DNA of 64,000 nucleotides, taken from Blastocladiella emersonii ATCC 22665 (Eukaryota > Fungi > Blastocladiomycota). The stretch lies in NCBI GenBank assembly GCA_025594325.1, contig JANHCV010000010.1, positions 1,426,001-1,490,000 of the forward strand. Reading direction: 5' to 3'. The notes beneath the pieces were generated by a model. The model ran no database searches, was not told the origin of the DNA, and saw only the letters and a list, made by a program, of their open reading frames with translations. Of the stretch, positions 1 to 10,235 are shown one piece after another (position 1 is the stretch's first letter; every line of letters starts with the position of its first letter). Position numbers and translations under genes: made by a program.

Positions 1-678
1 GACCCGGTCAAGGCGACGCTCACCTACATGCTGGCCGTGCGCGGGTACTGGGAGAGGTTTGTCGGCTGCCGCGACCGCATCGCCAACCTCAACCACTCGG
101 TGATGACCGAGCTCGAGCAGATCGCGAACTATTTCATCGAGTGGGAGAAGATGGTCGACGACCGCGTCGCGCAGGCCGACGGGACCGCGGCCGCGCGCGC
201 CGCTCTCAAGGCCAAGTTCTTCATCCCCGCGACCACGTACACGGTGCTGGTCGAGTCGATCGCCTCGTTCAAGTCGGTCGCGCGCCGGCTGCTCCAGACC
301 GGTGTCTCGCCCGTGGTCCCGGTTGAGGTTTGCGACACGTTCATGAACCAGTTCCTCAAGGACTTGCACGCTGCCACCGCGCCTGCGCCCGTGCCGCAGA
401 TCAAGCACATCCAGGACACGGCCGTCAAGATGCACCGGTTCAACGCGGCGCTGCTGCGCGACGCGGCCAAGAAGAACAGCGTGCCCAAGCACTACGACGG
501 ACCGGCCCCGCTCCAGTTCCTTGTCGCGGCGAGCACGCCCGCCGAGCTCTGGTTCGGGCGCAAGTACGAGAACGACTCGGACGGCGGCGGGACTCGCGGC
601 AAGCAGGGCGGGTCCAGCTCGAACCAGGAGGACGTGCGGCGTGTCTTTGGTACCGCCCGCAGTAACCTCCTCAGCTAG
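1..678 (+). CDS. 3' part of a gene (frame open from base 1); resembles the C-terminal RNase-H-like half of P-element/THAP9-type transposases, catalytic motif degenerate
   Basis: Frame 1 is open from base 1 (DPVKATLTYMLAVRGYW...) to TAG at 676-678 with strong GC3 bias. Segment order MTELEQIANYFIEWEKMV / KFFIPATTYTVLVESIASFKSVARRLLQTG / VVPVEVCDTFMNQFL parallels the P-transposase C-terminal pattern (L..L....WF..W; FL...T...L..TI.S.....+LL..G; QD.LE.FF). Recognised from memory. Confidence 0.55.
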   Translation, partial: DPVKATLTYMLAVRGYWERFVGCRDRIANLNHSVMTELEQIANYFIEWEKMVDDRVAQADGTAAARAALKAKFFIPATTYTVLVESIASFKSVARRLLQTGVSPVVPVEVCDTFMNQFLKDLHAATAPAPVPQIKHIQDTAVKMHRFNAALLRDAAKKNSVPKHYDGPAPLQFLVAASTPAELWFGRKYENDSDGGGTRGKQGGSSSNQEDVRRVFGTARSNLLS

Positions 679-804
679 GAGGGTAAAAACCGACAGCAAC
701 GAAGAGTAATGTCATTCACGACCAATTTGCACAATATCACCTCCTTCTTGTTCATCGACTACGATCCTCGAGCGCTGTGGCGACCCCCGAAACGCGTCTA
801 GTAC

Positions 805-2526
805 CTAGTACGGTTGGAAGATGGCCGGCTCTCGGTCCAAGTACTCGCTGAACAGCTCGCGCAGGGCCTCGCTGGGGCCATCGCGCAAGTAGCCGATCTT
901 GAGTGCACCTTTACGTTTGAGCCCAAGCGCGAACAAAATCATGTACCCGGCCTCGGTGAAGTAATTGCCTGCCACGTGGAGCTTCTCGACCGAATCGGAC
1001 AAGTTGTTGGCAATCTTGATGGCCGAGATGTCCGTCAGCTGGCAGGACGCAAGATTGATTTCCAAGAGCGAGAGCGGAGCGTGTTGCATAATTGTCGCGA
1101 CGCCAACGTCATTGATACCGCACCCGGCGAGGGAGAGGACTTGAAGACGCGGTCCAAGTAGACGCGGAAGCAGCGACCGCGCGTTACAACTCAAGCGAAG
1201 CGGGAATCCGTCAAGGTACAGCGACTCGAGGGCCGGGAAAAAGTGCTCGCCACTCGGCGGCGCGTCTCCGATGATGTCCCAGATGCTTGGGTCAAACTCT
1301 GGCTCGCCTCGAACAGGATCGCTCTGCCGGAACTCGAGGATTTTGAGCGAAGGCCGCTGGCGGCTCGCGAGGGCCGCGATCGCATACACGTTTACATCCA
1401 AGTTGTTGAGGGAAAGCTCCTCGAGCGAGTCCGGAAGTTGAGCAAAAAGGGCCTCCAGGCCGGCCCGCATATCAAGGGTTGGAATATCGTTGAGAAGCAA
1501 TCGTTTAAGCTGCACAGGAAATGATCGGGCGAGTACCCTCACTGCCATCCCTGCAATACGGTTAGAGCTGAGATTCAGCTCCTCAAGTCCCGCGGGCAAG
1601 CAAGCTGCAATGATACCGGTTGTATCGCCATCCATGTTGCATTCTGTCAGGTCAAGTGCCCTGAGGCTGGCGGGCAGCCCGTTTCCGAGGTACATGGCGC
1701 TTGTCCAGTCGAGTGCACAATGTAGGAGTTTGAGCTTGACCAGGGACTGAGGAAGACGCTGCAGGTTGCGCGCAAAATGCGGATGAGTTAGGTCTTCGCC
1801 AAAGATCTCGAGGGACTGGATGGTGCTGGGCAGCGTCAGCGTTGGTTCGGGCGCGCATCGAGACGTGATGCGATTTGAACGAAGGCGCAGCTTGACGAGA
1901 GAAGGCGGAAGCTCGAGGGCACACAAGCGCGGGAAGTCAAGATCGACCATGTCCAGGGTCAAGCGAGTGATGGGATGGCCGGGAATCGCGAGAGCGCGAT
2001 TGAGGTGCTGAATTCCGTGCATGGAGATCCGACGAGCGCAGATGACGAGCTTCGAGTTCCCCGCCATGACTTGCGCGCCAAGTCGTGCACACTCGATGTC
2101 GCCCATTGCAACCTTGCCGCCCGTGACGACCCCAGCGCTAGCCATATCGCGAAGTCGTTGAGCCTCGACGATTTCACCGCGTTCTTCGAGCCACGTGGCC
2201 ACTTTATTACAGCTGTCGGGGAAGACCTGTGGCACGTCCATGATAACAGCGGCCCACAGGGGAAGCGTCTGGTAGGTCAGCGGGAGCCCCGAGTCGCGCC
2301 AAAACTCGAAGACTTCGTAGTGGCGATGCTCGGCCGCCATTTCAAAGGCGGCCACCGTGTGCTGCAACGGATGTCCATGGACGAGCATGTATCGGAGGGC
2401 GGCCGCGCATCCAATGGCACACGCCTCGTCGACCGAACGAGACAGGACGGCCCGGTCAATCATTCGGTAAGTACCTGGAATGAGAGCTCGCGGAGCAACG
2501 CGAAGGTACGGTGCAAGCCCGCTCAT
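805..2526 (-). CDS. Ankyrin-like N-terminus plus RNI-like leucine-rich-repeat protein (573 aa, intronless as read)
   Basis: Long ORF with LxxLxLxxN/CxL repeats (LRALDLTECNM, LEELNLSSNRI, LQVLSLAGCGI, LLEINLASCQL). The N-terminal repeat AFEMAAEHRHYEVFEFWRDSGLPLTY is ankyrin-like. Third positions are less GC-biased than in neighbouring housekeeping genes. Confidence 0.8.
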   Translation of the reverse strand: MSGLAPYLRVAPRALIPGTYRMIDRAVLSRSVDEACAIGCAAALRYMLVHGHPLQHTVAAFEMAAEHRHYEVFEFWRDSGLPLTYQTLPLWAAVIMDVPQVFPDSCNKVATWLEERGEIVEAQRLRDMASAGVVTGGKVAMGDIECARLGAQVMAGNSKLVICARRISMHGIQHLNRALAIPGHPITRLTLDMVDLDFPRLCALELPPSLVKLRLRSNRITSRCAPEPTLTLPSTIQSLEIFGEDLTHPHFARNLQRLPQSLVKLKLLHCALDWTSAMYLGNGLPASLRALDLTECNMDGDTTGIIAACLPAGLEELNLSSNRIAGMAVRVLARSFPVQLKRLLLNDIPTLDMRAGLEALFAQLPDSLEELSLNNLDVNVYAIAALASRQRPSLKILEFRQSDPVRGEPEFDPSIWDIIGDAPPSGEHFFPALESLYLDGFPLRLSCNARSLLPRLLGPRLQVLSLAGCGINDVGVATIMQHAPLSLLEINLASCQLTDISAIKIANNLSDSVEKLHVAGNYFTEAGYMILFALGLKRKGALKIGYLRDGPSEALRELFSEYLDREPAIFQPY

Positions 2527-2847
2527 GGACTCGGGAGTGTCGCCGCTGGATGCGTGGAGGCGTATGGCCTCGGTGAGAATCCGGTCAACAAGCTCAGGAA
2601 CGGCAAGTTTGGGAGAATTTGGCTGATTTCAACGTGTTGCATGGTGTTTGCATCAAGTGATTATTCATTCGATGGCATTTTTGTAAGGGTGGGAAGGAAA
2701 GGGGGAAGCGGGATGCTTTCGGGTCCGCGATGTGGCGTCGTTTGGGGTTTGATCACATGATATCGCAACGCGTCTCGCGGCACGTCTCGCGTTGTTGTCG
2801 TGCGAGGTGTAGGCGTCAAAGGAAGGGAGCGCGGACGTTTTTTTTTC

Positions 2848-3198
2848 CGCATCCTCGTCCTCGACCTGCGCAACCTCAGCGACCCCGTCCAGTCGCTGGC
2901 CGAGCACACAGACACCGCAACGTGCCTCGCGCTCTCGCCGTCGGACTCCACGCTCGCGTCGGTCAGCTTTGACAAGACGGTCAAGCTGTGGAACGTGGAC
3001 TCGGCGACCGCCAAGCTGACGCTCAGCTCGGCGCGCGACCCGGGGCTCAAGGGGCTCGTCGCGTGCGCGTGGTGCCTCGACCACGAGGGCGTCCTTGCCG
3101 TCAGTGGCCACAAGGGTTCGGCCGTGCTCGACCTCGGCGCTGACGACGTGGTCCTCCCGATCACCACGCTTGGCGCCGACTACCCCATTGTGATTTGA
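2848..3198 (+). pseudogene. Headless C-terminal WD40 fragment, PWP1-like
   Basis: RILVLDLRNLSDPVQSLAEHTDTATCLALSPSDSTLASVSFDKTVKLWNV...ARDPGLKGLVACAWCLDHEGVLAVSGHKG...TGA. It begins abruptly after a T-run with no start codon or upstream exon. WD40 is clear; the PWP1 assignment is from recalled C-terminal similarity. Confidence 0.55.
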
Positions 3199-3293
3199 TT
3201 TGATTTGATCGCGTGGCGAGCTCGTTCCCGCACCGCTTGCTTCGCGACCCACCCGCCTCTGGTTCCCAACGAGCGGTTACGGGTCCTTTGTGT

Positions 3294-3394
3294 ATATATC
3301 CAACCTAACTCGTGTGCCTGATAGGTTTCAATTGCTCCCACAGAAACTCAGCTTCGCTAAAGCTACAGCTGAGAATATATCCAACCTAACTCGT
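3294..3394. repeat. Perfect 20-bp direct repeat ATATATCCAACCTAACTCGT (3294-3313 and 3375-3394)
   Basis: Seen directly. The 61-bp spacer contains the inverted pair CTCAGCT...AGCTGAG. Confidence 0.9.
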
Positions 3395-3894
3395 TTTCCG
3401 ATCTCTCATTCCATTCCATTTATTTCCGTTTCTCGAATGAGCGAGCGAGCGAGCGAGCGAGTCCAAGTCCGCGCAATCAAGGACCCTCGCTGTCCGTTAC
3501 GAAGCCGGTTTAGGGATCGACGATGAAAAATCTGTAGGACCTGTACTTATGCCGTAGCACTGCCACATGACAGTGGCCGTGGTGGACTTGTTGGGGATGG
3601 AGCTGCAGGTGTGGTCGGTAAGCGGTGGCGAAGCGGGTGGCACGGGCGGGGTGGCGCAGCAGCGGGACGAGGAGCACTAGCGACAGACCCCCTGCTTGCG
3701 GCTGACCGCTCCACCATCCTCGCTCTCGCATGTCGTGCACTCAAAGCCGTCCAAAAAGATCGACATCTCAAACATTCAGACCTTGAGTATTGGACTACTC
3801 AGACGTCAGCCCTGCAAACGATGCTGGGTCACAGAACAACCCGAATATCACGTCCGACTGTTCCGTGTATTCCATTCCAGTCACACCCCCCCCC

Positions 3895-6240
3895 CTAATC
3901 TCCGTCCTCGCGGACAAACACAAACCCGGGCACCCGCGCGTCGTACGCGTACCTCTCACTCTCGCTCGCGCCGCCACCAGGCCGCTGGACAACGACCACG
4001 GGCCCGTACGGCGCGTTCGCGTCGACCACGAGTTCCAGTTTCACCGCTTCCGCGTCCGCGTCCGCACCCAGCAGCGGCACGACCGAGTCATGCACGACGA
4101 CCCGGCCCAGCCACAGATCGAACACGATGAACGTCCCCGCGCGCGTGATGACGGCCGCGCGAGCCGCGGAGATGCACGCGGCGACCGCTGGGCTGTCGAG
4201 GACGAGTTGGCGCCCGATCGGCATGCCCGACCCCCTAATGACGGGCTGCATGGACGCGACGGGCGGGCCAGAGTCGAGGAGCAGCCTGACGCCGCCGCAC
4301 TTGCTCTCGATGTGGTGTTCTCTCGGATAGCGAGAGGGGAGGAGGAGCGCGGGCGGGTGCGGCGCCGGGCCGAGGTGGTGGTAGATGCCGTGCGCCGGGC
4401 CGACGATCGCGGCGGTGGCGGAGGGACGGCTCGTTGTGGGTCTTGCGCTGGCGCTTGCGCGACCGCGGCTCGAAACGGCGGCCGCGTCGTTGGAATCCGA
4501 CTCGTCCTCGCCGTTGTCGTCGTGGCGCGCGCGTTTCCGCCCCCGCGGGGGCGACGGCGCGCGCCGCGCCGCGGGCCCCGCCGCGAGGTCGGGCAGCGCG
4601 ACCGCCGACGCGTTGCGCGATTGCGAGTCCGACACCAGTACCGGCGCGGTGACCTTGGCGATGAGCGACGGCTGGATACGTTTCCGCCCGTCCTTGGTCG
4701 TCGTGACGCGCTGCGGCGCCTGGAGATGCTCTGCGATCGGGATCGCGGGGAGCGGTGCGGCGGGCGCGTGGGCGACCTGGCTGTGGTCGATAGCCTCGGC
4801 GCGGGTCGGGTCCATGCCGTTCTCGACGAGGCGCGCGTGGAGGACCGCGTCGGGGACGGCGGGCCCACCCAGCAGGTCGAGCGAGGCGGGGAGGCGGACG
4901 CCGACGACGCGGCCCTCGCGCGAGCACGCGAGCAAGACGCGGGCGTCGGGGGACCACGCGAGGTCGGTGACGTCCGAGTCGAAGGCGGCGTCGAGGACGA
5001 GCACGGGCTGCGTCGCGAGCGCCCACACCGAGACTTGCCGGTCGTTGGCGCCGAGCGCGACGACGGGCGTCGGGGTCCCCGTGATACTGTCCTGCACCAA
5101 AACGGGCGCAAATTTCGCGACACAGATGGGCGCCGTGTGGCCGACGAGGTGCAGCGTGCGCGACGCGTGGGTCCACTTGCCGCGCGGGAGGAGCGCCGCG
5201 ACGTGCACGCCGTTGCTGACGGCGTTGGCGCACGCGACGTACGAGCCGTCGGGGGAAAAGGACGGGCGGCGGACGAGCACGGCGGCGCCGCCCGTGCCCT
5301 GCAGGAAGGCGTGGGTCACGCGCGACTCGACGGTCCACGTTTGCGTGTTCCACAGGATCGCGGACCCGTCGTCGGATTGCGAGACCAGGTAGGTGCCGAC
5401 GGGGTCGAAGGCGAGGCCTTTCACGAAGGACGAGTGCTGGCAGCGTGCGACGCGGTCTACGGTGTGTTTGAGCGGGTTAGCGGGGTTCAGGTAGTCGTGG
5501 TGTAGCAGCGTGAGTGTACCGAAGGTGACGCCGTCCCAGATCATGACCGTATTGTCAAGCGAGCACGAGGCGAGGAAGCGGTTGTCGTGGGACCACGCGA
5601 GGTCAATGACGTCGCTCTCCATGGACGGCAGCTTGCGCACGAAGCTGAGGGTCTCGGGGTACGACTTGGCGCCGGCGCCGCCCGACATGAGGGCCGAGAC
5701 CTGGCACGGACGCCTGAACACGAGCGCAGGGGGGTCAGCGAGTGAGTCGAGTTACCGTCCAGCAACGAACGTACTTTTCGAGCTGCCAAACGACGAGCGA
5801 CCCGTCCTCTGCGCCCGAGGCGAGGAAAAAGCCCGTCTTGCTGGCCCAGCGGACGCACATGACGCCGCCGTCGTGGCGCTTGCCGGCGAACAGCTCCTTG
5901 GGGGTGGCCGGGCTGACGCACGCGGCGTGGTCGACGATGGCGTGCAGGCTCCACATGCGGACAAAGTGGTCTATCACACACGAGCTCGTCAAACATCGTC
6001 GCGCGCAGACTCGACGTCGAGCGTACCGCTCCCGCCAGTGACGACGCGCTCGTTGTCGGGGTGAATGTCGATGGAGAAGATGGACGAGCGCTGGTGCACG
6101 GTTGCCGCAGCAGCATTACCAGCGAGCTCCCCGACCGCGGACGGCGTGGCGGTGCCGTGCTGCACAAAGTTGGGGACGAGCAGCTCGACGTCGGCGTGCG
6201 GCGCGTCGGGCGCCGCGGGGATCGAGTTGCGCCGTGTCAT
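3895..6240 (-). CDS. HIR1: Histone chaperone HIRA/HIR1-like WD40 protein, 4 exons (6240-6027, 5970-5775, 5713-5520, 5456-3895), 721 aa
   Basis: SIFSIDIHPDNERVVTGGSDHFVRMW, HDGGVMCVRW, HSSFVKGLAFDPVGTYLVSQSDD, and the B-domain motif QRVTTTKDGRKRIQP. GT-AG introns of 56, 61 and 63 nt; spliced length 2166 nt closes the frame. Confidence 0.9.
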
Positions 6241-6672
6241 GGCGTCGGGGTCAGTTACATGGGGTGCCGGAAGTGACGAGCGGAAGAGAGAGAAGGGGTC
6301 GTCCGCGGAGACTTGCGCGCCACGGTGACGACGCGAACGAACGCGCCCGTCAGCTGAGGCCACGCCGCTCTCTCCTCGCCCTCTCGCCGCGATTATCAGC
6401 TGCTATCGCGGGCAAACGGAGCAGGCAGGGCGGCGCCGCACCTGGATCGCCGCTCTTGTCCGCGCTCGCGAAAGCGTGACGTAGAGGCCGCGGCGGGAGT
6501 CGGACCTCGTGGCTCAGCCGGCGTCTCCCCGCGCCGGTCACCCGGTGTCTCCCTTCCCCCTCCGCCGTGCCTCGCCCTCGCCCGCTGCCTCGGCGTCATC
6601 CCCTTTCCCTCTCCCCTCAGCGATCGCCGTCCGACGCGCGACACGACTCGACTTTGCAACGGATCAACGACG

Positions 6673-8279
6673 ATGCCTGGCTCGCCCGCACTGAGGGCTG
6701 CAGCCCCTGCCGCTTCCGCCCTGCTGGACGTCCCGGACAAGCCGGCGCCAGGCACAACGGCAACAGCGACGCCGACGCCGCGCCGCGGGACCGTGTCGTC
6801 GTACCAGTCCCTGTCGGAGTACGTGACGTCGGCCGCTGCGACGGAAGCCGCCGAGGCGGGCGACGGTGCCGTTGATCCCCTCGCGGACCTCGGCGACTCG
6901 CACCGCCCGTGGTACCAGCGCCGCGCCACGATTGCGTGGCTCGTCGGGTTCTCGCTGTTCGTGGGTACGGGTTTCGGGTGAAGGGGATCATGGGTGGGAT
7001 CAGACGCTGACGTTGCGGGGTGATGAGTAGACATGGTTGTGTACGGCGCCATCGTGCCGATCCTACCCTCGCTCGCGCACGACGAGCTCGATATTGACGA
7101 GGCGTCGCTCGGGTTCCTGTTCGGGTCCTACGGTACTTGACTCTCGCACCCACACCCTCACCAGCGACTGACTCGCATCCCACCGTAGCCCTCGGCCTGC
7201 TCATCTCGACCCCGCCCATCGCGTACCTGTCGGACCGGTACCGCAACCGCAAATGGCCCATGGTCCTGGGCCTCGCGGGCCTGACGGGGACCACCATCAT
7301 GTTCGCCCTCGCGAAAACCTACTGGCAGCTCCTGGCCGCGCGCGTGCTGCAGGGCTTCAGCGCGGGCGCGCCGTGGACCGTCGGCCTCTCCCTGCTCGCC
7401 GACGTGTACCCGAGCGCCGCCCTCGGCAGTGTGATCGGTCCCGTCCTCGCGTGCAACCACGCCGGGTTCCTCGCGGGCCCCGTCATCGGCGGCTGGCTGT
7501 TCCAGTACGCCGGGTACATGGCACCGTTCGCGTTTGCCGCGGCGTTGGCGGCAGCGAACCTCGCGCTCCGGCTCGTCGTGGACGAGTCGCCGCACATGGC
7601 CGCCGCGGCGCAGGGCGAGGTCGAGCCGCTCCTCGCGCACGCCGGGTCGGACGAGACGCTCACGGAAGTCCCGCCGCGCCCCGCGGAACCGCTCGGGATG
7701 CTCGACCTCCTGCGCGGGCGGCCCGTGCAGCTGTCGATCCTCGTGACCGTCGTCGTCGGCGGCATCTTCTCGGGGCTCGAGCCCACGCTCCCGCTGCACC
7801 TCGGCGCCGCGTACCGCCTCTCGCCCAGCGCCATCGGGTCCGTGTTCGTGTCGCTGATCGTGCCGTCCATGTTCACATCCACCGCCGCCGGCCAGCTGAG
7901 CGACCGGTACGGCGGCGGCGCCGTGTTGGCCGTCGGCCTCGCGCTCCTCGCGATCCTGGCCCCGCTCGCCGCGATCCCGCACCTCCCCCTGTGGGGCATG
8001 GTGTGCGCGCTGGTCCTGTTCGGCGGCGCGCAGGGGTTCGCCATGACGCCGGTCATTCCGGCCATGGCGCGGTACGTGGCCAGCAGGGGGAGCAGCTCGT
8101 ACGCGAGCGTGTACGCCAACTTCAACCTCGCGTACTCGGTGGCCATCTTGCTGGGGCCGTCCGTCGCGGGGAACTTGTACGCGAAGCTCGGGTTCGCGGC
8201 CGAGATGTGGATCTTTGCCGGCACGCTCGCTGCGCTGCTTGTGGTGATTGCGGCGGTCGGGGTCAGACACTTTTCGTGA
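6673..8279 (+). CDS. MFS transporter, SLC18/VMAT-like (DHA1 type), 3 exons (6673-6964, 7031-7132, 7189-8279), 494 aa
   Basis: FSLFVDMVVYGAIVPILP, motif-A-like YLSDRYRNRKWPM and QLSDRYG, about 12 hydrophobic segments. Introns of 66 and 56 nt; 1485 nt spliced. Confidence 0.9.
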
Positions 8280-8366
8280 TGGCGAATAGACACTTGTTCA
8301 AGCTTCAGACAAGGCATCAACTCGGAGACACCCGACGCGTCAACGTGGCCCACGGACGCGGCACTC

Positions 8367-8441
8367 GTCCGTCAGCTCTGAGACGCGACGCACGTACGGC
8401 TCGGCTCTAAGGCGCGACACGTCCGTGAGCTCAGAGACGCG
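8367..8441. repeat. Imperfect 21-bp direct repeat (GTCCGTCAGCTCTGAGACGCG / GTCCGTGAGCTCAGAGACGCG) between convergent 3' ends
   Basis: 8367-8387 versus 8421-8441, 19/21 identical. Confidence 0.7.
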
Positions 8442-8693
8442 CAACGCGGCCCAGTGTTGCTGAATCTCGCTCAGAGGTGCTGAGACGAGACGAGTCCCTC
8501 AACTCGAGCATCTGGTGAGAGAACGGGTTTACAGTTAAAAAAGAGGGCAGCGGGGACCACACGCGCTTCCTCCTCCATTCATCGCCACCACCAAATAGTC
8601 AAGAAGTGTTGCTGAACGATCGGGATCCATGCATCATCATCAATCACCACCACACACCACCGGTACCATCAGGCAGGCGCAGCGCAAGTCAAT

Positions 8694-9353
8694 TTAGAAC
8701 TTGAGGAGGTGGGGGATCTGGCCGTTGGTCAGCGAGAAGGTGCCGGCCAGGTACTTGGCGAGGTTGGGGATCTTGGCGACCGTGGCGAGGAGCGCCTTGT
8801 CGACGGCCTTCTGGTCAGCGACGCGCGACGCGGGGAGCGCCGACAGGGCCGACTTGGGGTCGGCGAAGAAAGCCTCAGCCGACTTGGCGGCCTTGGGGGC
8901 GGCGGCCTTCTTGAAGTAGGCGTCGTCGAACTTGGTCACGTCAACGTTCGAGACATCGACCTTGGTCGAGGTGGCGATGACGTAGGCCTGCGACACACGG
9001 CGGATCGGGATGCCGTTGATCTTGTGGGGGCCGGTGACGAGGAGCAGGCCCGAGGCGAGCTGCTTGAGGAAGACCACGCGGCGGCCACGGAAGCGACCGG
9101 CGAGGAGGATCAGGACGGTGCCGGGGGTGATCGAGGCGCGGAGCTTGGCCGTCTTCGGGGCAGCCTTGCGCGACTTCTTGGGCTTGGCGGCGTCCTCGGC
9201 GGGGTAGAACTTGGCCGCCTTGGGGGCAGCGGGCGCGGCCTTCTTGGCGTGCTTGGGGGCAGCCTTGACCTTGTAGGCGCCCTTGAGCTTGTAGACCTTG
9301 GCGGCCGAGTACTTGGTGACGCCGGGGGCGATGAACTCGTTGGAGAAAGCCAT
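8694..9353 (-). CDS. RPL6: 60S ribosomal protein L6 (eL6), 219 aa
   Basis: KLRASITPGTVLILLAGRFRGRRVVFLKQLASGLLLVTGPHKINGIPIRRVSQAYVIATSTKVDV, C-terminal GQIPHLLKF. ATG at 9353 in an AAAATGG context. Confidence 0.97.
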   Translation of the reverse strand: MAFSNEFIAPGVTKYSAAKVYKLKGAYKVKAAPKHAKKAAPAAPKAAKFYPAEDAAKPKKSRKAAPKTAKLRASITPGTVLILLAGRFRGRRVVFLKQLASGLLLVTGPHKINGIPIRRVSQAYVIATSTKVDVSNVDVTKFDDAYFKKAAAPKAAKSAEAFFADPKSALSALPASRVADQKAVDKALLATVAKIPNLAKYLAGTFSLTNGQIPHLLKF

Positions 9354-10235
9354 TTTAACCTCTGCAGCAGACGGGAGCGGCAAGGCAGACGGGTCAGATT
9401 CAGAGGTTCAGCAGGGGGAGCGGGGGAACAGCTGCAAGAGCACACCGCCAAGTCCGCGACGACCACGCGAGCGACGACGCCACCGCCACCAAAAACCGCA
9501 GGAGCAGCGTTCCCCTACCGCGGCCGGAACAGCGGCCGCACGGCGAGAAATTCGACCACCGCACACAAACTCACCAGACAGCTTTTGCCGCAAGGTCGTA
9601 GGTTCACCCCACACCAGCGAGAGGGCAGCCGTCCGGCGAGCCTGCGGCGGTCCGCCAGCGTAGCGGTCGCGAGGTGCGCACGACCATCCAGCATGCAGTG
9701 CGCAGCGGGCGAGCAGAGCTCCAGCCAGGCGCGGGGGTTTTCAGGTGCACGTTACGCCGCCCAGCGTAAAATTCCATGGTGTTGATGCATAGTGGCGTGG
9801 TAACGGCGGGGGCGGCGTAACGGCGTAGTTTCGAGGTGGGGCGGCGTGGCGTCGGGGCGGATGGACAGTCGTGCTCACCGCGGTGGCGGCGGGTGGGCGA
9901 TCGCAGCTTCACCACCACCCAGCTGGCGGCCAGCGGTCCGCCGGGGCGACGGCGTGGTGTGCGGGTGTCGGTCGTCGTCGTCGCGAGTCGTCGTGGAGGC
10001 GGTGTGCAGCAGTTCATTGCAAGCGTTTGCGTACACGCAACGGCTGTGGTTGGGAGAGGGGGCCGAGAATGTGGCGCGACGAAGGGAAAAACTGGTCGGT
10101 GGTGGCTGAACTCGCGAAACGTGAGTGGCGCTCAGCCACTTTTTGGTGGTCGGTCGCTGCGAAGGTCGCTCCTCGCCCTCAGCGTCGTTGCGAACCTGCT
10201 TACGTTAACACTGGAACGAGGGCAGCCACGCTACC

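Noticed and set aside
3294-3394. CCTAAC as telomere-like sequence
   Set aside because: Single hexamer per repeat, not a tandem telomeric array.
3820-3894. Extra HIRA exon after a GTACGC...ATTAG pseudo-intron
   Set aside because: It would encode only a short non-homologous peptide and would delete the conserved YAYD motif.
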